From contig DASSKC010000062.1 in NCBI GenBank assembly GCA_035690885.1, positions 733 through 64,732 on the forward strand: a stretch of 64,000 nt of DNA. Reading direction: 5' to 3'. Position 1 is the first letter of the stretch. The number at the start of each line of letters is the position of its first letter. A program made the translations under genes and the position numbers. Positions 8,840-18,653 of this stretch are shown piece after piece. Source of the stretch: Oleiagrimonas sp. GTDB lineage: Bacteria; Pseudomonadota; Gammaproteobacteria; Xanthomonadales; Rhodanobacteraceae. The notes beneath the pieces are model-generated. The model had not been told where the DNA came from. It saw only the letters and a list, made by a program, of their open reading frames with translations, and ran no database searches.

Positions 8840-10225
8840 ATGTCAGCAACCAACCAGACCATCAACCCGGCCACCGAAGAGGTCATCGAGACCTACGACA
8901 TGGCCACCGATGCCGAGGCGCGGGACATCGTGGAAGCCTCGCACGAGGCATTTCTGGCATGGCGTACCACGGCACTGGCGGAGCGCGCGCATATTCTGCG
9001 CGCAATCGCCAAAGCCCTGCGTGAACGCAAGGATGACTTGGTCAAACTGATGACACGCGAGATGGGCAAGCCGATCTCGCAAGGCGGTGCGGAGGTGGAG
9101 TTGTGCGCTGCCATCTGCGAATACACCGCCAAGAACGGTCCGGAATTTCTGGCCGGCGAGAAGCGACCGCTTGAAGGCGGCCGCGCGCTGATCACCTATC
9201 AGCCGGTCGGCATCATCCTCGGTATCCAGCCGTGGAATTTTCCGTTGTACCAGGTGGTGCGTTACAGCATCGCCAACCTCATGGCGGGCAACAGCGTGCT
9301 GCTCAAGCACGCGCCCAATGTGTGGGGCTGCGCGCTCGAACTGGAGTCGCTGTACCGCGAAGCCGGCTTGCCCGAAAACGTGTTCCGCGTGCTGCTGATC
9401 GACGCGGAACAGACCGATGCGCTGATCGAGCACAAGCACGTGCGCGGCGTCACCCTGACCGGCAGCCCCGTGGCCGGCAGCAAGGTGGCGGCCAAAGCCG
9501 GCCAATGCCTGAAGAAGTCGGTACTGGAGCTGGGCAGCAACGATGCTTATCTGGTGCTTGATGACGCCGATATCGACAACGCGGTGGCCACCTGCGTGCA
9601 GGGACGCATCAACAACAACGGACAAACCTGCGTGGCGGCCAAGCGTTTCATCGTGGTCGAATCGGTCTACAAGCCGTTCCGCGATGCCTTCGTGGCGAAG
9701 ATGAAGCAGATCCAGTACGGCGATCCGGCAAAACCGGATACGCAGCTCGGACCGATTGCGCGCGCAGACCTGCGCGAGAAACTGCACAAAGCGGTCAGCG
9801 AGTCGGTGGACAAGGGCGCCACCTGCCTCTTTGGCGGCAAAGTGCCCGACGGGGCCGGCTATTTCTATCCGGCCACCGTGCTTGAAGACGTCAAGCCGGG
9901 CATGCCGGCCTACGACGAGGAACTGTTCGGTCCGGTCGCGGCCTTGATCAAGGTGGCCGACGAAGACGAGGCGATCCGCGTGGCCAACGATTCACGCTAC
10001 GGACTCGGCGGCGGCATTTTCTCCAGCGACGAGGATCGTGCCATCGGCATCGCGCGCGATCTGTTCGATACCGGCATGGTGACCATCAACGGCTACCGGT
10101 TGTCGCAACCGCAGCTGCCCTTCGGCGGGGTCAAGGATTCAGGCTACGGTCGCGAGCACGGTGGCTTCGGCATCAAGGAATTCGTCAATGCCAAGACCGT
10201 CATGATCGTCGATCAAGATGACTGA
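8840..10225 (+). CDS. NAD(P)-dependent aldehyde dehydrogenase (succinate-semialdehyde dehydrogenase-like)
   Basis: 461 aa. Contains LELGSNDA and NNGQTCVAAKR (catalytic Glu and Cys regions). SD 'ggag' lies 6 nt upstream. Confidence 0.9.
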   Translation: MSATNQTINPATEEVIETYDMATDAEARDIVEASHEAFLAWRTTALAERAHILRAIAKALRERKDDLVKLMTREMGKPISQGGAEVELCAAICEYTAKNGPEFLAGEKRPLEGGRALITYQPVGIILGIQPWNFPLYQVVRYSIANLMAGNSVLLKHAPNVWGCALELESLYREAGLPENVFRVLLIDAEQTDALIEHKHVRGVTLTGSPVAGSKVAAKAGQCLKKSVLELGSNDAYLVLDDADIDNAVATCVQGRINNNGQTCVAAKRFIVVESVYKPFRDAFVAKMKQIQYGDPAKPDTQLGPIARADLREKLHKAVSESVDKGATCLFGGKVPDGAGYFYPATVLEDVKPGMPAYDEELFGPVAALIKVADEDEAIRVANDSRYGLGGGIFSSDEDRAIGIARDLFDTGMVTINGYRLSQPQLPFGGVKDSGYGREHGGFGIKEFVNAKTVMIVDQDD

Positions 10226-10305
10226 GCCGATGGCGCGACCTGCCGTGTGAACGGACACTGACATCGGCGCCGAACGCCGTCGCTGATCCGTGTCAGACTG
10301 CGTGC

Positions 10306-11220
10306 ATGGGCGGACCCGGCACATGCCCGCACCACGGTGCCGACCGTGGTGCGGGAACGCGGTATCCGTGGCGGATTCCGCTGCGCGTGTGGCTGGACAT
10401 TGCATGGCGTATCGGTCGCGAGACCTTTCGCGATCATGTGTTCATCGCCTCGTCGGGCGTGGCGTTTCTGGCGTTGTTCGCGTTGCTGCCGACGTTGATC
10501 GCGCTGGTTTCCGCGTATGGACTGGTCACGTCGCCCGAGCAGCTTTCGCGGCAAATGCAACTGGTGTCTTCGATGGCGCCGCACAACGTGGTCACGGTGC
10601 TTCACAACGGCATGCACGCGGTCGTGCATGCCTCCCGACTCAAGTTGGGATTCAGCATCGTGCTCAGCATCATCGCCGCCGTGTGGGTGTCGGTGCGCGC
10701 CGTGCTCGGCATCATCAGCGCGCTCAATATCGTGTACGACGAGAAGGAGAGGCGCGGCTGGTCGGCTCTGTTTGGCACGGCCATCGCGCTGGCGCTCGGT
10801 GCACTGGTTTTCTGGGTGCTGGCGTTGGCGATGATTGTCGGTGCGCCGTTGCTCATCGGTCGGATAAGCGTGGATTCCACCGTGGTGCAGGTATTGATCG
10901 GGGTTGCGCGCTGGCTGGTCATCGCCGCCACTGCCCTGGTCAGCATGACGGTGCTGTATCGCTTCGGCCCCAGCCACGCGCAGCCACGCTGGAGGTGGCT
11001 GAGTGTCGGTTCGTTTGTCGGGACCGCGTTGTGGCTGGCCGGATCGGCCTGCATGTCGGCTTTCATCGAGCACATGGGCCAGTTCAGCAACGTTTACGGG
11101 CCGCTCGGCATGGTCATGGTGGTGATGACGTGGTTCTTTCTCACGGCGTTCGTGTTCCTGCTTGGCGCCGAGCTCAATGTCGAGGTGGAGCGTCATGTCG
11201 CGGCGGGCGGGAGCGACTGA
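10306..11220 (+). CDS. YihY/virulence factor BrkB family membrane protein
   Basis: IASSGVAFLALFALLPTLIALVS and a polytopic profile are typical of the YihY family. The start codon is uncertain. Confidence 0.8.
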   Translation: MGGPGTCPHHGADRGAGTRYPWRIPLRVWLDIAWRIGRETFRDHVFIASSGVAFLALFALLPTLIALVSAYGLVTSPEQLSRQMQLVSSMAPHNVVTVLHNGMHAVVHASRLKLGFSIVLSIIAAVWVSVRAVLGIISALNIVYDEKERRGWSALFGTAIALALGALVFWVLALAMIVGAPLLIGRISVDSTVVQVLIGVARWLVIAATALVSMTVLYRFGPSHAQPRWRWLSVGSFVGTALWLAGSACMSAFIEHMGQFSNVYGPLGMVMVVMTWFFLTAFVFLLGAELNVEVERHVAAGGSD

Positions 11221-11332
11221 GCTGCGCATCCGGTCGGCGCAATCGCGTCAACCCGCGATTTCATTCCCTTGCATCATGTCGAGTTCAGTGCGCGGTCGTC
11301 AGCCTGATATATGCCAGCAACGGGAAGTTTTC

Positions 11333-11491
11333 ATGGACATCATCCGCATCATCCTTTCGGTCATCATTCCGCCGGTCGGCGTGTTTCTTCAGGTCGGTTT
11401 CGGCTTGCAGTTCTGGCTCAACGTGTTGCTCACCATTCTGGGATATTTCCCCGGCCTGATTCATGCGCTCTACATCATCCTGACTCGGTAA
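11333..11491 (+). CDS. YqaE/Pmp3 family small membrane protein (52 aa)
   Basis: MDIIRIILSVIIPPVGVFLQVG...NVLLTILGYFPGLIHALYII is the conserved Pmp3/UPF0057 pattern. I start at the internal ATG of ORF 11162..11491. Confidence 0.85.
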   Translation: MDIIRIILSVIIPPVGVFLQVGFGLQFWLNVLLTILGYFPGLIHALYIILTR

Positions 11492-11669
11492 GGCCCCCTG
11501 TCTGAATGGCGCTGTGCAGCGGACGCCTGCATGGCGTCATTTCACTTGCGATACATCGGCGCGCGCCTAGCCTGAGAACGTGCTCGCGCAACATTCAAGC
11601 CGTGATGTGATCGGCTGACGCGATGTTGCCATTAACGGCCTTGCACGTTCGGCCGCCCCGAAGGAGACA

Positions 11670-12008
11670 GTGATCATGTGGACACATAAAAACGTTCTTG
11701 GCGCGGGTGCGTTCGCGCTTGTCATGGGTGTCGCGGCCATGGGTGCGGGATGCGCGTCGATGGACGAACAAACCACGAACTCCGAGCAACCGGTGCAGGA
11801 CACCTGGATCACTACCAAGGTGACCACCGCGCTCATGACCATCAAGGGAACCGACAATCGCGATATCGGCGTCGAGACGAGCAATGGCGTGGTCACGCTC
11901 AGTGGTCGGGTTGAATCGCAAGACAAACTCGATGCGCTCGTCACTGCCGCCAAGAACGTGCAGGGCGTGAAGGCCGTGCATACCGATCTGGTCCAGATAG
12001 TGCACTGA
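11670..12008 (+). CDS. BON-domain lipoprotein (single BON)
   Basis: Lipobox MGAGC. DTWITTKVTTAL...IGVETSNGVVTLSGRV. Confidence 0.85.
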   Translation: MIMWTHKNVLGAGAFALVMGVAAMGAGCASMDEQTTNSEQPVQDTWITTKVTTALMTIKGTDNRDIGVETSNGVVTLSGRVESQDKLDALVTAAKNVQGVKAVHTDLVQIVH

Positions 12009-12134
12009 TCGTTTGATCCGCGGCTTGCCGCGGCGGCAGGCAGGTGCTTCGTCGCTCCGGAAATGGGCATGGCGCACATTTGACTCAGCATGAGTAAACC
12101 TCGAGCATGACGCGGATCGCTTTCCCGTCTGCTT

Positions 12135-12962
12135 GTGGATCCGCTCATGCCGCACCTCGTCACCCACCGCCCGCGTCTCATGAACTTGCGTTCCGACGAC
12201 GAGGCGGACGACTCGCACAAGGCCTGGGAGACGTTCAGCGCCATCAGTTACGAGGTCGGCGGTGTCATGTTCGTGATTGGCAGCGTGTGCTTCTTTCCGG
12301 CGTTGTCGCGGTATCTGGCGGTGGGCGACTGGTTGTTCATCGTCGGCTCGGGCCTGTACTTGCTGGTGACCGGCCACGAGTTGCTCGAAGTGCGAAAGTA
12401 CTGGCGAGTACACGGCACGAAGTCCTTTGCCGACCGCATCGAGTTTGTCGCGGCCTGGTCGTATGTGCTCGGGTCGGTGTTGTTCATCGTCGGCAGCGTG
12501 TTCTTTCTGCCGAATGTGGACGCGACCGAGCCGGGTGCGTGGATGTTCATCGTCGGTTCGGTGCTGTTCCTGATTGGCGGACTGGTCAATATCCTGCAGG
12601 TCGTGGAGGCGCCATCGCTGATCTACATGCAGTTGTTCAACTTCACGATTGCGCTGTTCGTGATCGGCTCGGCGTTGTTTGCCGAGGCCTCGATTCCGTA
12701 TCTCTGGCATCTGGCCGATCCTGCCCGCTCCAGCATCTCGACATTCGATGCTGCACAATTCGTGGTTGGCAGCGTGCTGTTCCTGGCCGGCGGCATGGCC
12801 ATCTATTACCGCAAACTGGTGCGTGGAAGGCTTGAGGCCTTTTGTCGCGTCCGCGAGCTGGGCACCGTGTTCATCAGCGCCCTGCAAAGCGAGATCCGCG
12901 ACAAGGCTCAGCTCGGCAAGTGGGGCACGCGTGATGATGACGCGAACGTCGAACGACGGTAG
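12135..12962 (+). CDS. Multi-pass membrane protein with internal repeats (possibly YrhK-like)
   Basis: Seven copies of an (F/Y)(I/V)(I/V/L)GS(V/A/G)(L/C)(F/Y) motif sit in hydrophobic segments. An alternative start is ATG 12180 (MNLRSDDE). Confidence 0.65.
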   Translation: MDPLMPHLVTHRPRLMNLRSDDEADDSHKAWETFSAISYEVGGVMFVIGSVCFFPALSRYLAVGDWLFIVGSGLYLLVTGHELLEVRKYWRVHGTKSFADRIEFVAAWSYVLGSVLFIVGSVFFLPNVDATEPGAWMFIVGSVLFLIGGLVNILQVVEAPSLIYMQLFNFTIALFVIGSALFAEASIPYLWHLADPARSSISTFDAAQFVVGSVLFLAGGMAIYYRKLVRGRLEAFCRVRELGTVFISALQSEIRDKAQLGKWGTRDDDANVERR

Positions 12963-13028
12963 CGTGCGGTTCATTTGTTGGCGCCCGATGGGACTACGCT
13001 GACTGCAGGTCCGCCTTGATGCACGCAT

Positions 13029-14204
13029 ATGGCGCCAAACTCCGCAGCAGCCTCGAATGACGACACGTCCCGCGCCGATGCGGGACAGACGCGATATGGG
13101 CCGCTTGGCGGTTTGGCGTGGCTGCATTTCACCAATGACGGAGCCGCCAATTTTCTCCCTGGCGTGTTGCCGGCGGTGCTGCTTTCACTGGGTCGCTCGC
13201 CGGCGCTGGCCGGCACGCTCATGTTCGTGTTGATGGTCGGGCAGGGTTTGCAGCCGGTCGCCGGCTTGCTGGGCCGTCCGCTCGGCGGACGTCGCGTGAT
13301 GTGGGCCGGTGTGGTTGGCGCGACCATCGGTGCGGCGTTGGTCGGTTTTGCCGGGAGTCTGTTCTGGCTGGTGGTGGTGTTGATCCTGATCGGCGTGGCC
13401 AACGCCTGTTTTCATCCGCAGGCGCTGGCGGCGGCGCGCGCGTACGCGGGACGACGGGGACATTTCGGCGTCTCGCTGATGCTGATCGGGGGCGAAGCAG
13501 GGCGCGGCCTGTGGCCATTGATCGCGGGCATCGTGGTGGCGTGGGGTTCGCTGTCGCGTCTGTGGATACCGGCATTGATCGTGTTGGCGACCTTGCCGTT
13601 GGTATACAAGCTGCTGCCGGCGGCGAGGCCGCCGACGACCGAGTGGCGTGTGCGCCTGCGCGGACGGCTCATGGCCACCGGCCGACTGCTGGCCTATGTC
13701 ACCTTGCGTGGTCTGGTGGTGATCGGCGCGACCGCCTATTTGCCGATCCTGTGGAAAAGTCTTGGTGGCGGGCTGGTGGTTGGCGCCGCGTTGGTGACGA
13801 CGATGTTGATCGTGGGCTTGATCGGAACACTTTCCGGAGGTCAGCTGGCCGACCGCGGCGGACGTCGCCCGGTGCTGGCGGCGGCAGGCGTGTTGATGGC
13901 GACGGGCCTGGCCCTGGTCGCGTCGGGAAATCCGACGGCGTTGTGGTTGGGTGCCGGCGTCACCGGCGTCGCGGCTTTTGCCACGTATCCGGTGACCACG
14001 CTGGAAGGTCAGGACCTGTTTCCCGAGAACCAACCGTTCGGCTCCGGCATCGCGGTGGGCCTGGGCAATGCGCTGGGCGCCGGCCTGGTGGCGCTGGTTG
14101 GCTTGCTGGCTGCGGTCTGGCCGTTGTCGTGGCTGTTCTGGCTGTTTTCGGGCGTGGCGTTGGTGACGACACTGCTCGGATTGTTCGCCCATCCGGGGAA
14201 ATAG
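13029..14204 (+). CDS. MFS transporter
   Basis: 391 aa with a roughly 12-TM profile and a G-x-L-x-D-R-x-G-R-R-type loop (GGQLADRGGRRPV). Confidence 0.85.
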   Translation: MAPNSAAASNDDTSRADAGQTRYGPLGGLAWLHFTNDGAANFLPGVLPAVLLSLGRSPALAGTLMFVLMVGQGLQPVAGLLGRPLGGRRVMWAGVVGATIGAALVGFAGSLFWLVVVLILIGVANACFHPQALAAARAYAGRRGHFGVSLMLIGGEAGRGLWPLIAGIVVAWGSLSRLWIPALIVLATLPLVYKLLPAARPPTTEWRVRLRGRLMATGRLLAYVTLRGLVVIGATAYLPILWKSLGGGLVVGAALVTTMLIVGLIGTLSGGQLADRGGRRPVLAAAGVLMATGLALVASGNPTALWLGAGVTGVAAFATYPVTTLEGQDLFPENQPFGSGIAVGLGNALGAGLVALVGLLAAVWPLSWLFWLFSGVALVTTLLGLFAHPGK

Positions 14205-14510
14205 GAAACCGGTCGGGCGAACGCGCATGCAACACTGCGCGCAAGCGCCCGGGTTCAAGCGCAGATGCAGCGGTAGTACTACCCCGACAATCGCGAGTGA
14301 ACATTTCCAGGGGGCGTGGTCCGACGCCGGATGCATCGACCAATGGCATGGCGTGCAAGATGCGTGAACGCTGAATGCGTGATGCCGACAGTCACGTGGA
14401 CCCCAGGATTGCGCGATGAGCGAATCAGGAGCGCTTGTACACACGGAGCGCGGCCGCTCAGGCGTTCCACACAGGACCTGTCTGCGTGTACGCCTGAACC
14501 TGGCAGCGCA

Positions 14511-15848
14511 TCACGGTTGGCGCGCGTTGCGCCTTGAGCGCGATCCGCCATTGCCGCGCTTGGGCGCGTGCGCATGACCGCCGCTGCGACCACGCGGATC
14601 CTGCTTGGCATGCGGGCGCCGCTTGCCGCGCGCGTTCGCATTGCTCTTGGGGCGGGGCGTGCGTGCCTTTTGCTTGGGGCGCGCATTGCTGTCCAGACGC
14701 AACGGTTGTGCGGGTTCGTAGCCGGCGACGGGAGTCATCTCCAGCGGATCCTTGAGGATTTTCTGGATGTCGCGCAGCAGTCCGGTCTCGTCATGGCAGA
14801 CCAGCGAGATCGCCAGACCGGTAGCGCCGGCGCGTCCGGTGCGGCCGATGCGGTGCACGTAGTCCTCGGCCACCATCGGCAGGTCGTGGTTGATGACCAG
14901 CGGCAGCTGTTCGATGTCCAGCCCGCGCGCGGCGATATCGGTAGCGACCAGCACCGTCACCTTGCGCTCCTTGAAGTTTTTCAGGGCACGCGTGCGCTGG
15001 TTCTGGCTCTTGTTGCCGTGGATGGCGGCAGCACGCAGTCCGGACTTTTCCAGAAAACGCACCAGCTTGTCGGCGCCGTGTTTGGTGCGGCCGAAGACCA
15101 GGGTCTGGCGACGGCTGTCCTCGGCCAGGATGTGCAGCAGCAGGTCGCGTTTGCGCTCGGCATCGACCGGGTGGATGCGATGGCTGACGGTGGCGGTCAC
15201 GGTGTTGGGCGGGGTCACCTGCACCTTTACCGGATCACGCAGGAACTGTTCGGCCAGGGCCTTGATCGGGCCGGCGAACGTGGCCGAGAACAGCAAGGTC
15301 TGGCGCTTGCGCGGCAGTTGCGCGACGAGCTTGCGCAACGCCGGCTGAAAGCCCATGTCGAGCATGCGGTCGGCTTCATCCAGTACCAGGATTTCCACGC
15401 CGCGCAGATCGACCGAACCCTGGTCGAGATGGTCGATCAGCCGCCCGGGCGTGGCGACCAGTACGTCCAGACCTTGCTGCAGTGCCTTGAGCTGATTGCG
15501 CATGCTCACGCCGCCGAAAATGGTGGTGCTGCGCAGCGGCAAGCCCTTGCCGCAGTCGCGCACGCTGGCATGCACCTGGGCGGCCAGTTCGCGGGTGGGG
15601 GTGAGGATGAGCGCGCGCGGACGTTTGACGCGCGGGCCTTCGGCCTTTCCATTCGGAAACAGGCGCTCCAGCAGGGGCAGGGCGAATGCGGCGGTCTTGC
15701 CGGTGCCGGTGGGCGCGCTGGCCATGACGTCGCGCTTTTGCAGGACCGGCGGAATGGCTTCGGCCTGGATCGGCGTGGTGGAGGTGTAGCCCTGGGCCTT
15801 GAGCGCGCGCAGCAGCACGGGCGAAAGCCCGAGGTCTTGGAATTGCAT
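14511..15848 (-). CDS. rhlE: DEAD-box ATP-dependent RNA helicase (RhlE-like) with basic C-terminal tail
   Basis: Q-motif [32 protein letters not shown] start at MQFQDLGL (ATG at 15848) rather than at the 538-aa ORF start. Confidence 0.9.
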   Translation of the reverse strand: MQFQDLGLSPVLLRALKAQGYTSTTPIQAEAIPPVLQKRDVMASAPTGTGKTAAFALPLLERLFPNGKAEGPRVKRPRALILTPTRELAAQVHASVRDCGKGLPLRSTTIFGGVSMRNQLKALQQGLDVLVATPGRLIDHLDQGSVDLRGVEILVLDEADRMLDMGFQPALRKLVAQLPRKRQTLLFSATFAGPIKALAEQFLRDPVKVQVTPPNTVTATVSHRIHPVDAERKRDLLLHILAEDSRRQTLVFGRTKHGADKLVRFLEKSGLRAAAIHGNKSQNQRTRALKNFKERKVTVLVATDIAARGLDIEQLPLVINHDLPMVAEDYVHRIGRTGRAGATGLAISLVCHDETGLLRDIQKILKDPLEMTPVAGYEPAQPLRLDSNARPKQKARTPRPKSNANARGKRRPHAKQDPRGRSGGHAHAPKRGNGGSRSRRNARQP

Positions 15849-16121
15849 GTTATTTGCTCCAGAAACAGATGCCGCGACGCAAGCGCCGAAACATCGGAAA
15901 TACCCGGAGCGTTCCCTGGGAACCGCGCTGCGAGCGAAAAGGGGAAAGTGGAGACGACACCGCGTCGCCTCGTACATGGGCCTGGTGCCGAGCGGGCAGC
16001 GGGCGCGCGCCACAAGCGTGGCAATCAGCGCGTCCCGCAAAGGGAAATGCGGCAAACAGGTCCAGTGAACCCCGCCATTGTACAGCGTATTGTCGGTGTG
16101 GTGTTGCTTGCGTTGATCAAG

Positions 16122-16159
16122 CGTCATGGAGCGGCCGACGCCGTGGGCGCTCCATGACG
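16122..16159 (-). terminator. Strong hairpin just downstream of the TerC gene (no clear U-tract)
   Basis: Perfect 12-bp stem cgtcatggagcg (16122-16133) / cgctccatgacg (16148-16159) with a 14-nt loop, beginning 8 nt past the TerC stop codon. Confidence 0.4.
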
Positions 16160-16166
16160 GATCAAC

Positions 16167-17156
16167 TCAACCGTTGGATGCTGCAGCCTGGTCGCGGCGG
16201 CTCTTGAGCAGGCTGGCGATTGTGGTGATGGTCAGTATCGACAGGATGATCACCAGCGACAGCCAGGTCGGGATGGCCGGCAGCAGATGAATCGGCTCGC
16301 CGCCGTTGAGGAACGGCAGGGTGTTGGTATGCATCGCCTCGATCACCAGCTTGACGCCGATGAAGGCCAGTACCAACGCCAGGCCGAAGCTCAGGTACAC
16401 CAGCCGTTTTAGCAATCCGCCGATGAGAAAGTACAACTCGATCAGGCCGAGCAGGGCGAACGCGTTGGCCGTGAACACGATGTACGGCACATCGGTCAGC
16501 CCGTAGATGGCGGGGATCGAGTCCAGCGCAAACAGGATGTCGGTCATGCCGATGGCCAGCATCACGATCATCATCGGCGTCATGTAGCGCTTGCCGTCGA
16601 TCACCGTGGAAACCTTTGCCCCGTCGTACTCGTCGGTGGTGGGCAGCACTTTTTGCGCCAGACGCACCATGAAGTTCGGTTCGTAGGCTTCGTCGTCGTC
16701 GTGTTTTTCCAGCCCCAGCTTGATGCCGGTCAATATGAGGAACAGGCCGAAGATGTAGAACACCCAGCTGTAGCGCGCAATGGCGGCAGCGCCGACCAGA
16801 ATGAAGATCGTACGCAGGATCAGCGCCACGATGATGCCGACCAGCAGCACTTTTTGCTGGTACGCGCGTGGCACCGCGAAGCTCGACATGATGATCACGA
16901 ACACGAACAGGTTGTCGATCGACAAGCTGTATTCGGTGATGTAACCGGCGAAATACTCGATGCCGTGGTCCCACCCCCATACCGCTGTCAGGCCGGCGCC
17001 GAACACCAGCGACAGCGACACGAAGAAGGCGGTCCACGCGCCGGCTTCCTTGATGGACGGTTCGTGGGCGTCGCGGATGTGCGTGAAAAAGCTCAGCGCC
17101 AGCAGCGCGACGACGCCGGCCACGGTTACCAGCCAGATCCAGAGAGGTACTTGCAC
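16167..17156 (-). CDS. TerC family integral membrane protein (Alx-like)
   Basis: 329 aa. EYSLSIDNLFVFVII and a second DS(I)PA(I) region are typical of TerC. GTG start. Confidence 0.9.
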   Translation of the reverse strand: MQVPLWIWLVTVAGVVALLALSFFTHIRDAHEPSIKEAGAWTAFFVSLSLVFGAGLTAVWGWDHGIEYFAGYITEYSLSIDNLFVFVIIMSSFAVPRAYQQKVLLVGIIVALILRTIFILVGAAAIARYSWVFYIFGLFLILTGIKLGLEKHDDDEAYEPNFMVRLAQKVLPTTDEYDGAKVSTVIDGKRYMTPMMIVMLAIGMTDILFALDSIPAIYGLTDVPYIVFTANAFALLGLIELYFLIGGLLKRLVYLSFGLALVLAFIGVKLVIEAMHTNTLPFLNGGEPIHLLPAIPTWLSLVIILSILTITTIASLLKSRRDQAAASNG

Positions 17157-17276
17157 GTTGGAGCCTCCAAAATGGGGGGACAGCGTTGGGGGTGTGAGCT
17201 TACTACGTCCGCATGTGGTCTCTGGACATGCATCCGGCGCTTTGTTGGCTACACTTGAGACCGGATTTCGGCATGG

Positions 17277-18653
17277 ATGGTTCCCTTGCGCAACCTGACT
17301 TTACTGCTTGACTTCGACGAGCAGTACCACCGCGACCAGCAACAGGATGAGGAATTTCTGCATCGTCGGGACCGGCAGCTTGCCGTCGAGCGCGGCATCG
17401 ACGGCAGTCGTCGCTCGTTGACGGCCTGGCTCGGTGCGGTGCGCGGTCGCGATTGCGCGCATGTGTCCGGCGATCCGCGCTTGCGCGTGTGGGGCTGGTT
17501 GCGTGCGTTGTTCATCGCGGCGGGCGTGATTTTCGGCGCGGCCGCGATGCTGGGGCTGCTCTACTATGACGGCGGGCGTCGCATCAGCGTTACGCTGATC
17601 ATGGCCGTGGCGCTGCTGCAGTTGCTGCTGGCGCTGATCACCGCCGCACAGTCCTGGATCGGCTGGCAGCCGTGGCGGGGCGTGTTCCGCGATGTTCTGG
17701 CGCGCGCATCGAACGAGCCGCGTTCGATGTTGCGGGCGCTTGCGGTGCCGTTGGCGGCGCGCGTGGCACAAAGCGGCGGGCTGGCATTCGGCCTCGCCGC
17801 GTTTGTGGTGCTGTTGGGGCAGGTCGTGGTTCATGATCTGGTTTTCGGCTGGAGCACCACGTTGCAGGCTTCGGCGCCGGCCTATCACCAGTTGACCACT
17901 GCCGTGGCCTGGCCGTGGCGAAGCTGGCTTCCCGAAGCCGTGCCGTCGCTGCACCTGGTCGAACAGTCACGCTATTTCAGCGTCGGGACGCACGTGGTTT
18001 CCGACCCCGAAATGCTCGGCATCTGGTGGCGTTTTCTGGCCATGTTGTGGCTGAGCTACGTCGTGGTTCCGCGCATCGTGCTGCTGGGCTTGGCGCGCCT
18101 GCAGCTGGTGATGCGCGTGCGCCGGTTGTTGGCCGATCATCCGGGACGTGCCGCATTGCACGCGCGTTGCACGACACCCTGGGTCGACAGTGGCGAGGGT
18201 GCCGGCAGTGGCAGGTTGCCAGCCAGTAGCGCCGGCCCTTCGGTACCGCCGGCGGCAACACCGGGTCGGGTATTGATCCGCTGGGCCGATGCGGGCGACG
18301 CACGGCTTGCGCACGACTGGCTCGGCGCCGATGCGGTGACGCTGTCTGCCGGTGGTGCCGCCACGCTTGATCAAGACCAGGCAAGCCTGGACAAGGCGCG
18401 CACCATGGGCGGGCCGGTGATCATCGTGGCGCGGGGCTGGGAGCCGCCGACTGGCGAGTTGGCCGACTTCATCGAGCGCGCCGGTACGCTGCCGGGCAAC
18501 GAGACCATCCAGTTGTTGCCACTTGCTGCGGGCAGTCCGCCAAGCATGATCGGGGAGCCGGCACTGGCGCCGTGGCGACGGTTTGTCGAGCGCTTGCAAG
18601 CATCCGCCGCCGTCGTGGTCGTGGATGTGCCCGGCAAGGAGATTCACCCATGA
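17277..18653 (+). CDS. Membrane protein, DUF2868-like (partner of the downstream GTPase)
   Basis: 458 aa. It has a charged N-terminus, then several TM segments, then a soluble C-terminal region. The stop overlaps the next gene's start (ATGA). The family call comes from remembered architecture and pairing, not from a search. Confidence 0.6.
   Translation: MVPLRNLTLLLDFDEQYHRDQQQDEEFLHRRDRQLAVERGIDGSRRSLTAWLGAVRGRDCAHVSGDPRLRVWGWLRALFIAAGVIFGAAAMLGLLYYDGGRRISVTLIMAVALLQLLLALITAAQSWIGWQPWRGVFRDVLARASNEPRSMLRALAVPLAARVAQSGGLAFGLAAFVVLLGQVVVHDLVFGWSTTLQASAPAYHQLTTAVAWPWRSWLPEAVPSLHLVEQSRYFSVGTHVVSDPEMLGIWWRFLAMLWLSYVVVPRIVLLGLARLQLVMRVRRLLADHPGRAALHARCTTPWVDSGEGAGSGRLPASSAGPSVPPAATPGRVLIRWADAGDARLAHDWLGADAVTLSAGGAATLDQDQASLDKARTMGGPVIIVARGWEPPTGELADFIERAGTLPGNETIQLLPLAAGSPPSMIGEPALAPWRRFVERLQASAAVVVVDVPGKEIHP

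Noticed and set aside
17157-17276. Possible yybP-ykoY (Mn2+) riboswitch in the leader of the TerC/Alx-like gene
   Set aside because: TerC genes often carry this riboswitch, and a ggtctc…gagacc pairing exists in the minus-strand leader. However, I could not find the conserved GGGGAGUAG or UUGACAUA cores. The intergenic space is only 120 bp and is shared with a divergent gene. A covariance-model scan (Rfam RF00080) would settle it.
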